From a virus (lineage: Duplodnaviria > Caudoviricetes), in the IMG/VR virus record IMGVR_UViG_3300025277_000144, positions 1 through 25,051 of that record: 25,051 nucleotides of DNA; one strand, given 5' to 3'. Positions 15,075-21,779 of this stretch are shown one piece after another. A program made the translations under genes and the position numbers. The stretch's first letter is position 1. Each line of letters begins with the position of its first letter. Below the pieces are notes generated by a model. The model saw only the letters and a list, made by a program, of their open reading frames with translations, was not told the origin of the DNA and made no database searches.

Positions 15075-17071
15075 TATATATTTGATCCTATAATAAAGCC
15101 ATCGTATAGTCCTGTCGCAATTGCTATGAATCCATATGCGTCTGCTTTGCCCCCGTAATATGTTCCGGTAGGCACGGTGCCTCCTTCTGCCCACTTAATT
15201 ACCCCGTTGGTTCCATCTCCAAATCCCCATGTTACCGAATTGGTGCCTCCCGAATCTTGCTCGGTTCTTAGTACAAACTTCTGGCCTTGGGTAACGTTTG
15301 CCAAATAGAATGTGGTATTTGCATCCAAGGTATGCGTAAATGTTGATCCGGTGGAAAGGTCAAATGTCTTTTTAGCCCCTCCTGCCCCAGAGATTAGCGC
15401 TGGTACTCCTGATCCACCGCTTTGCATAACCGCGTTGAGGTTGGTATCGATAGTCGGGATACCCGAATTCATGACGACCTTCAGGTTTGTGTCGATAGTC
15501 GAGACACCTGTAGTCATCACGGTTTTCAGGTTGGTATCTACTACGCCCAAGGTAAGGCCGCTAGCACCGGGCATAACTTCGCCAGTCTGCATAACAGCGT
15601 TTAGATTGGTGTTGATAGTCGGGATACCCGAATTCATGACGACCTTCAGGTTGGTGTCAATGATGCCAACTCCCGTGGACATTACGGTGGTCAGGTTGCT
15701 ACTTATGGTCGCAAGCCCGCTGGTCTCGATGGTCGAAATACGGCTGCTGTAGCCCACGCCAGAGGCTGCAAGGGCCGAAGCGGAGCCACTCAGAGCAACG
15801 CCGGTAGTCTCGATAGTCGAAATGCGACTGCTGTAGCCCACGCCAGACGCCGCAAGGGCCGAAGCCGAACCGGTCAACGCAACCCCGGTGGTCATGATTG
15901 TCGTAACACGGCTCGTATTTAGGTCAACCTTTGCGCCGCTCGATGCGGAAAAGCTCGAAGATTCCAAAGCGTTGCCCGTGGCAATAAGGTCAGTCCTTAG
16001 CTGCCCCGATGTGTTATAAATGCCCGTGTAATAAGTTACGCCAGATGCCGCAAGAGCCGAAACCGAACCGGTCAGAGCAACCCCGGTAGTTTCGATAGTC
16101 GAAATGCGGCTGCTGTAGCCCACGCCAGATACCGCAAGGGCCGAAGCGGAGCCACTCAGAGCAACGCCGGTAGTCTCGATAGTCGAAATGCGACTGCTGT
16201 AGCCCACGCCAGATACCGCAAGGGCCGAAGCGGAGCCACTCAGAGCAACGCCGGTAGTCTCGATAGTCGAAATGCGACTGCTGTAGCCCACGCCAGATGC
16301 CGCAAGAGCCGAAACCGAGCCTGTCAGCGCAACGCCGGTAGTCTCGATAGTCGAAATGCGACTGTCATTCAGGTCAACTCTTGCACCGCTCGATGCGGAA
16401 AAGCTCGAAGATTCCAAAGCGTTGCCCGTGGCAATAAGGTCGGTTCTTAGCTGCCCCGATGTGTTGTAAATGCCTGTGTAATAAGTCACCCCAGATGCCG
16501 CAAGGGCCGAAGCGGAGCCACTCAGAGCAACCCCGGTAGTTTCGATAGTCGAAATGCGGCTGCTGTAGCCCACGCCAGATGCAGCAAGAGCCGAAACCGA
16601 GCCTGTCAGCGCAACGCCGGTAGTCTCGATAGTCGAAATGCGACTGTCATTCAGGTCAATCTGGACGCCACTAGCATAAGAGAACGCGGTTCCTTGGGTT
16701 GTATCATCATTGAAAGCTACCCCGCTTACCCCAAGGTTTATTCCAGTCAAAGAGACCACATTCCCACTAGTAAAAACGGCTCCGCTGGAAGGGTATGTTA
16801 TAAAGATAGTAGCGCTTCCAGAAAGATAGATGGGAGTGCCATCCCCACTAGCGCCCGCAAGAACAGTGTCCCTAGTCAAAGTATTTGAACTATAGGTTCC
16901 TATGCCAACTTCCCAATTGGAGGATTCTTCTATAGCGTAATAGGTTTGAGATCCATTGTCCAGAACAGAAAAATTCTGATAACCCGCGAAGGAACTGTCA
17001 AGAGTTACTGTTCCCGCCCCTGTTGTGGTCGTTCCTTGCTTTACCCTGTCTCTTACAAATATCATTGTCAA
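15074..17071 (-). CDS. Phage fibre protein with long tandem-repeat shaft
   Basis: N-terminal DRVKQGTTTTGAGTVTL...TYYAI...WEVGIGT, a common phage fibre base domain. Central 28-aa and 14-aa repeats. C-terminal QDSGGT..VTW...IKWAEGG tip domain. Confidence 0.75.
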   Translation of the reverse strand: MTMIFVRDRVKQGTTTTGAGTVTLDSSFAGYQNFSVLDNGSQTYYAIEESSNWEVGIGTYSSNTLTRDTVLAGASGDGTPIYLSGSATIFITYPSSGAVFTSGNVVSLTGINLGVSGVAFNDDTTQGTAFSYASGVQIDLNDSRISTIETTGVALTGSVSALAASGVGYSSRISTIETTGVALSGSASALAASGVTYYTGIYNTSGQLRTDLIATGNALESSSFSASSGARVDLNDSRISTIETTGVALTGSVSALAASGVGYSSRISTIETTGVALSGSASALAVSGVGYSSRISTIETTGVALSGSASALAVSGVGYSSRISTIETTGVALTGSVSALAASGVTYYTGIYNTSGQLRTDLIATGNALESSSFSASSGAKVDLNTSRVTTIMTTGVALTGSASALAASGVGYSSRISTIETTGVALSGSASALAASGVGYSSRISTIETSGLATISSNLTTVMSTGVGIIDTNLKVVMNSGIPTINTNLNAVMQTGEVMPGASGLTLGVVDTNLKTVMTTGVSTIDTNLKVVMNSGIPTIDTNLNAVMQSGGSGVPALISGAGGAKKTFDLSTGSTFTHTLDANTTFYLANVTQGQKFVLRTEQDSGGTNSVTWGFGDGTNGVIKWAEGGTVPTGTYYGGKADAYGFIAIATGLYDGFIIGSNI
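15420..15715 (-). repeat. 14-aa (42-bp) coding repeats IDTNLKVVMNSGIP
   Basis: About six degenerate units, with an exact duplication of GATAGTCGGGATACCCGAATTCATGACGACCTTCAGG at 15449 and 15614. Confidence 0.85.
15720..16650 (-). repeat. 84-bp (28-aa) coding tandem repeats with a 450-bp higher-order duplication
   Basis: SRISTIETTGVALSGSASALAASGVGYS x8 plus a partial unit. Anchor GTAGCCCACGCCAGA at 15749, 15833, 16115, 16199, 16283 and 16565. A spacer block is duplicated at 15961 and 16411. Confidence 0.95.
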
Positions 17072-17086
17072 ACGGCCCCTCTAATT

Positions 17087-17506
17087 TTATTTAAAGAATA
17101 TATCGAGGTCTCCGCTAGCAAAAGAAAAGGTATCTCCGGTAGTGACATTTTTTGCTGTTGTAAGCTGTCCATAAATCAATATGTTCGCCTCAGCGCCTTC
17201 TGCATCAGCAATAAATACCCCAGAAACGTATCCCCAGTCAGAAGTAGCCGTAGGAAATGCAAACTCTTGAAAATTATTCGTCTGGCCAGTGGTGGCGGGG
17301 GGTGCCCAGAAAGCAGTTCCGGGACCTCCAGAAACCCTAGCGTAAGAACCCCCACTAAGCTCCTGACTAAAGCTACCGCTCTCAAGAGATCCTGAGCTAT
17401 AGTTTCCAACTAAACCTATATATATACCCGTAGGAGAGGAAAAGGTAATCTCCTTAAAGAGGTGCCCTATTATTCCGGACTCCAAATAGTGTGACATTGC
17501 AGACAT
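17087..17506 (-). CDS. Small phage fibre/structural protein
   Basis: MSAMSHYLE...IYIGL...ELSGGSYARV...FPTATSDWG...GDTFSF pattern of a widespread ~130-aa phage fibre-associated family (recalled, not searched). AGGAG RBS. Confidence 0.7.
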   Translation of the reverse strand: MSAMSHYLESGIIGHLFKEITFSSPTGIYIGLVGNYSSGSLESGSFSQELSGGSYARVSGGPGTAFWAPPATTGQTNNFQEFAFPTATSDWGYVSGVFIADAEGAEANILIYGQLTTAKNVTTGDTFSFASGDLDIFFK

Positions 17507-17521
17507 CTTTTTCTCCTGTAA

Positions 17522-18472
17522 TTATTCGGAAGCCTTTGGCAGTGCCTCTTTTTTGCCTCCAATCAAAGTTGGGAAAGTAATGGCGTCTGGAGAAAGAGCT
17601 TTCTCTTCTCCATCTTTTTTATTGGAACTGCCCCCTTCTATTTGAAGGCTGAGAATATCTTCTAGGGTTGGCACTTCAACATTTGTATCAATAGCCCAAG
17701 AAATATCGCCCTTTTCAGCCCACTCCCTCATTCTTCGGACCGGCACAATTAGGTTAAACGTTTCTCCTGCCCCTCGCACAAGCATCCCAACGTACTCTCC
17801 CCTATGGTCTTTAGATCTTTCTGAGAGGAAAACGCCCCCTCCGGAGCTACCCGGAAATGCCGTCACTGTGGTTTGATCAAAAACAACACCGTCTCCGTTA
17901 CCCAAGTTCAGTACCCTACCTACTTGAGATATAATGCCCCGTGTCATGGAATTGGAACCTTGCTGTCCCAAGAGAGAGCCAACGTGGTAAAGCTCTGTCC
18001 CAATGGCAACCGGCGAATCTGGGTTATAAAAGTCTGCATTTTGCTGGATAAAATCTCTTTTCCTAACCATAAGAAGGGCAAGGTCTTCTCCGTCGCTAGC
18101 AGAACTATACTTTAGAACCTTAGCGTCCATTTTTAGTTCTCCTACCCGACGACCGTTCTCCACCAGTTCTTTAACAATTTGGGCGTCTTTAAACTCAACT
18201 ACCCTTACTTGCTGCCCATCTTGGATAATGGTTCTTACAGATCTAAGGTTGTCAATAACGTGCCCGGCAGTCCAAACGAAATTAATTTTTTCTGTCTTGT
18301 TCGGGCCGACCCTCACGTCTCTAGTTATAATTACGCCAGAGCCCTCGCTAAATCCTGACTTTACGGTAACAGATATATCTTGAAGCTTATTGTAGAGTTC
18401 TTCGTCTGCTCTTGCCTGTAAAGAAAAGGCAATCAGCAAAGACGCGAAAATAAGCATAATCTTTTTTGTCAT
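17522..18472 (-). CDS. Exported trypsin-like (S1) serine protease
   Basis: Catalytic triad motifs GSGV...WTAGHV, DLALL and FPGSSGGG. Start revised to ATG 18472 (GAAAGGA RBS; the ORF-track GTG lies within a terminator). Signal peptide MTKKIMLIFASLLIAFSLQARA. Confidence 0.88.
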   Translation of the reverse strand: MTKKIMLIFASLLIAFSLQARADEELYNKLQDISVTVKSGFSEGSGVIITRDVRVGPNKTEKINFVWTAGHVIDNLRSVRTIIQDGQQVRVVEFKDAQIVKELVENGRRVGELKMDAKVLKYSSASDGEDLALLMVRKRDFIQQNADFYNPDSPVAIGTELYHVGSLLGQQGSNSMTRGIISQVGRVLNLGNGDGVVFDQTTVTAFPGSSGGGVFLSERSKDHRGEYVGMLVRGAGETFNLIVPVRRMREWAEKGDISWAIDTNVEVPTLEDILSLQIEGGSSNKKDGEEKALSPDAITFPTLIGGKKEALPKASE

Positions 18473-18500
18473 TATCTCGTCCTTTCGGTCTACTATATTG

Positions 18501-18550
18501 AAAAAAACCGCCTTTAGCAATACCACGTATTAAGGATCACTAAAGACGGC
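18501..18550 (-). terminator. Intrinsic terminator after the major capsid gene
   Basis: Minus strand GCCGTCTTTAG...TAATAC-GTG-GTATTG-CTAAAGGCGG followed by T7. Confidence 0.8.
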
Positions 18551-18580
18551 TTAATTTTTTTAAATCACAGAAAAGTAATC

Positions 18581-19588
18581 TTAGAATGAACCAAGAAGCA
18601 CTCGTCTGTTGTCTAGAACGGCAAAACCGTGCTCAGCCCATCCATAAAGACCTGCGCGTCTCTGTCGATGCATGGTGTCGTCCTCAAAAATCTGAACGTC
18701 TTCACGAATCGGGTGTACAAAGCTGTCGCCCATGCGAAGATCTAAACCGACGAGAATTTCGTTATCGCCAGCAGGCAAACTACCGCTTAGGTCGCTCGTA
18801 TAGAAGTTCTCGTACTCTTGACCTTCACCAAGCTCATCCAAATCATGGAGATTAACTTGGAAAATTCGAATAAGGAGGCCACCCTCTTGGGTGATGAGTT
18901 CACGTCGGGTGACGGGATCAACCTCATCAACACCCCAATTGCGGATGTCTTCGATTCCTTCTGGACTCAAGTACAGATCTGTCAGTTCACCCCGATTGAT
19001 GGAGGTGCTGTTGCCCCCACCGTTTCGACGCATAACTGTCTTCATTAATGAAACAAGTCGCTTTGAGAAAACGCCAGAAGCGGCGTCGGCGTCGTAAACC
19101 ATAATATTACGATCAACGCCAGCACTTATAATTGTGTGCCAGCCGTCATCGTTCGCCTTCTTGACGAACTGACTTTCCATAACACCCATAGCGCGACCCA
19201 CGATATCCCATCTAGCGTCACGAGCATACTTCAAGAGCCAGTCTATAGAAGCACCAACGTCATAGGTAGGAACCATGACATAGTCGCCTTCAACGTGTCT
19301 CTCTGGAATGCGTCCGTGGTTAGGAATAGTATATGCTACGAAATCTTTCTCAGTTCCGGGAGCAAGGAAATCCAAAGGGAATTCGCTGGTACTACCCGAT
19401 TCAAGACGGATGGCTTCAAAGATACCGTCTAGAATATTTCCGCTCATAACCCCTTTGCGGAGTGGCAGCTCAAGGGCTTTTGCAAGCTCGGCTGTCGCGG
19501 AGAGAGACTCCTCCCTTTGAAGCGATCCAGCTCTTACGAGCAGTTCGTTCATTTCGGGAGTTGGCTCAAAAAACTTTTTGTTAGCCAT
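18581..19588 (-). CDS. Major capsid protein (HK97-fold)
   Basis: 335 aa, following the protease/scaffold and decoration genes. Strong RBS (AGGAG) and downstream terminator. C-terminal GLYGWAEHGFAVLDNRRV is typical of capsid P-domain ends. Confidence 0.88.
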   Translation of the reverse strand: MANKKFFEPTPEMNELLVRAGSLQREESLSATAELAKALELPLRKGVMSGNILDGIFEAIRLESGSTSEFPLDFLAPGTEKDFVAYTIPNHGRIPERHVEGDYVMVPTYDVGASIDWLLKYARDARWDIVGRAMGVMESQFVKKANDDGWHTIISAGVDRNIMVYDADAASGVFSKRLVSLMKTVMRRNGGGNSTSINRGELTDLYLSPEGIEDIRNWGVDEVDPVTRRELITQEGGLLIRIFQVNLHDLDELGEGQEYENFYTSDLSGSLPAGDNEILVGLDLRMGDSFVHPIREDVQIFEDDTMHRQRRAGLYGWAEHGFAVLDNRRVLLGSF

Positions 19589-19618
19589 TTTGCTTATCTC
19601 CTAAGTTTTATTAATTAA

Positions 19619-20110
19619 TTACCAAGTAACGTCGATATCGACCTTAGCGTATCCATCTTCATCTTTAATGGACAGCAAACGACCAACTCTTGGTCCACCG
19701 TTACCAACAGCATGGGCTCCCAAAAATCCATCGCCAGTGACATAAAGCGGGAGGCCAATGTCTGACGCCGTTGGAGTTCCGGAAATGGCGTTGGTAACAA
19801 CAAAACCACGCTTCAACAGCAGGACTTTACTTCCCAGTTGGACTTCGTCCTTCTGGAAATTAAGGTGCTGTCGAGTAAGGTCTAGGTTTACGACATCATT
19901 GAGTAAGATGCCAGCCGCTCGATTTAGATACGACGCTGCCAGTGCCGGGGCGCCCGTGCCATTGACAACCCTCTGATTAGAGGAATCCATTGCAGAGCCA
20001 GAGCCCGCCTGTGCCGTGTCATAAAATACAATTTTACCTCTTTCACCAGTCTCATTCATGAAGAAACTAAGATCTGTGAGGTGTTCATTTCTATCTGGTT
20101 TAAGTGCCAT
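19619..20110 (-). CDS. Capsid decoration/cement protein
   Basis: 163 aa between scaffold and capsid. Gly-rich beta pattern (AAGILLNDVV...GLPLYVTGDG...VGRLLS...DGYAKV). AGGAG RBS. Confidence 0.7.
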   Translation of the reverse strand: MALKPDRNEHLTDLSFFMNETGERGKIVFYDTAQAGSGSAMDSSNQRVVNGTGAPALAASYLNRAAGILLNDVVNLDLTRQHLNFQKDEVQLGSKVLLLKRGFVVTNAISGTPTASDIGLPLYVTGDGFLGAHAVGNGGPRVGRLLSIKDEDGYAKVDIDVTW

Positions 20111-20116
20111 TTTGTT

Positions 20117-20833
20117 TTATTCTCCTAATTCTTGATTAAGAACGTAAGTATTAACCCACTCACGAAGATTGGCACGAACATGATCTGACCCATCCTCTAC
20201 CTCTTCGGAAGCAACTGACATGTCAATTGTTTCCTCGGCAGAAGCTGTTTCAAGCACCTCTTCGTCAATTTCAGAAGCCTCTTCGTGATCTTCTGAGTCA
20301 GATTGCTCGGCATCCGTATTAACTTCGGCCTTGCTATCTTTCTTCTTCTTTTTGAAGGGGTTGCCTTCATCTTCGTCTTCGTCGTCAGCAGCCTTACGCT
20401 TGTAAGCGGACTTCAAGGTTTCCGCCATTGCCGCAAATTGCTCATCGCTCAAACCGTCAAAAATGTCGATCTTTGCAGCAGCCTCTTCTTCAGAAAGGCC
20501 AACTTCAATAAGCGCAGCCATTCTTTCGGCCTTGGCTTTTTCTTGTTCCATGGATTGAATCAGGTCTTCTGCCTTCGTTCTGGCTTCAGTCTCCGCTGTA
20601 AGCTTTGCTTCCAGCTCCTCTGATTTAGAAGCTTCTGTTTCCAAGTCTTCATTGACATTACGAAGGGCCTCACCCAAAGCGTCTACCGTTTCGGTAAGCT
20701 CCGAGATCTGTTTGTCCCAACCTGCAACGTTTGCCTTGGAAAGCTTTTCAGTAAGCTCCTTATTTTCAGCCTGAACGTCAGCAAGAGCTTGTTTAAGCTC
20801 CGCGATCTGACTGTTCAAAATATCAGTAGACAT
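20117..20833 (-). CDS. Nested in-frame scaffold protein (238 aa)
   Basis: In-frame ATG (Met304, MSTDILNSQ) preceded by AGGAGAA-TTTAAAT, at the start of the coiled-coil domain. Confidence 0.7.
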   Translation of the reverse strand: MSTDILNSQIAELKQALADVQAENKELTEKLSKANVAGWDKQISELTETVDALGEALRNVNEDLETEASKSEELEAKLTAETEARTKAEDLIQSMEQEKAKAERMAALIEVGLSEEEAAAKIDIFDGLSDEQFAAMAETLKSAYKRKAADDEDEDEGNPFKKKKKDSKAEVNTDAEQSDSEDHEEASEIDEEVLETASAEETIDMSVASEEVEDGSDHVRANLREWVNTYVLNQELGE

Positions 20834-21742
20834 ATTTAAATTCTCCTGTTTTTCTTTGCTGGAAAATAATTCTTCTTCTACGCTAACAAATACACCATCG
20901 GTGTCAGAAAACAAGTTTTTCGCAACAGAGGCGTTTGAGAAATTAAAGATATGGTTGCTATCAAATATAATGCTGTCCGGATTTGCGGGCCTCTCGACAA
21001 AGCCCTTTCCGGAAAATGTTATATTCCTAAGCAGTCTTCCGACTTTATGATCTTGATAATCTCCATTGCCTCCATAGGATCGCAAATGCTTTGTGAGAAA
21101 GGATGTCTCTTCGTTTCTGGCGATGATATGATTTTCGTTGCTTGGGGTTACAACAGCATAATCAAAGCCTCGAAAGACACATTCCATCGACACAAACATT
21201 TCCCCGTTTTCTATTTTCGCTATAAGATCTTCTGCTCTAGCCTGATATTCGGGATCTTGCCATTGTCTATAAATAACAGAAGAAACTAACAGATGGTAAA
21301 GGCCCGGTAAGTCGTTTGCACTAACACTATCGTCAACAAGACTAAAGTTAGCGTCTACCGGCCAGCTACCTATAATCCCTCCAACTATTTGTTTTTCATC
21401 GTGTTCTAAGTTGGCGGGCTTATATTTAGGTGTTTCTCTAGCTGCCCACACCTCTTGACTATTAAAAACATCATCATTTTTGTTCCAAGCAGTGCTGACT
21501 AAAATTGAAAAGGTCTGATAAACATCAGTGTCCTGATGGCCAGCTTGGGCTCGAATGGTCTCCATAACATCCTTATAAGATGTTTTTTGGTGAGCAGACG
21601 AAATAATTTGGTTTAATTCCGGATTTTTTGTTTCCGGATAGGCGGGACATAGCTGTGATACATAAGCTAAAGAAGTCTGTCCCTTGATTTGTTTTTCAAG
21701 GCCAGCTTCTTTTTCAGAATTAAAAACAGTAATATTATTCAT
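20117..21742 (-). CDS. Prohead maturation protease fused to C-terminal scaffold
   Basis: WNKNDDVF, KPANLEHD (His), FVSMEC (Ser) and FSGKGFVERPAN motifs of phage prohead proteases. C-terminal acidic coiled coil. Lies between portal and capsid. Confidence 0.85.
   Translation of the reverse strand: MNNITVFNSEKEAGLEKQIKGQTSLAYVSQLCPAYPETKNPELNQIISSAHQKTSYKDVMETIRAQAGHQDTDVYQTFSILVSTAWNKNDDVFNSQEVWAARETPKYKPANLEHDEKQIVGGIIGSWPVDANFSLVDDSVSANDLPGLYHLLVSSVIYRQWQDPEYQARAEDLIAKIENGEMFVSMECVFRGFDYAVVTPSNENHIIARNEETSFLTKHLRSYGGNGDYQDHKVGRLLRNITFSGKGFVERPANPDSIIFDSNHIFNFSNASVAKNLFSDTDGVFVSVEEELFSSKEKQENLNMSTDILNSQIAELKQALADVQAENKELTEKLSKANVAGWDKQISELTETVDALGEALRNVNEDLETEASKSEELEAKLTAETEARTKAEDLIQSMEQEKAKAERMAALIEVGLSEEEAAAKIDIFDGLSDEQFAAMAETLKSAYKRKAADDEDEDEGNPFKKKKKDSKAEVNTDAEQSDSEDHEEASEIDEEVLETASAEETIDMSVASEEVEDGSDHVRANLREWVNTYVLNQELGE
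20891..20897 (-). promoter_or_regulatory. Intragenic TGGTGTA motif upstream of the nested scaffold start
   Basis: ATGGTGTATTTGTTAG, about 58 nt upstream of the internal ATG 20833. Confidence 0.5.
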
Positions 21743-21763
21743 GCATCACCTTTCGGAATACAT

Positions 21764-21770
21764 TACACCA
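21764..21770 (-). promoter_or_regulatory. TGGTGTA motif (putative late promoter) upstream of the protease gene
   Basis: TTGGTGTAATGTATT in the 37-nt portal-protease gap. Confidence 0.55.
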
Positions 21771-21779
21771 AACATTGGC

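Noticed and set aside
15075-15194. ORF-track N-terminal extension of the 14508 gene (likewise 18473-18526, 6345-6368, 12374-12391)
   Set aside because: The extensions overlap upstream genes or a terminator. Downstream ATGs have an RBS or stop-start coupling.
15720-16650. Repeat array considered as a CRISPR array or DGR template/variable repeat
   Set aside because: The units are in-frame coding repeats without unique spacers, differences are not adenine-specific, and there is no reverse transcriptase or cas gene in the window.
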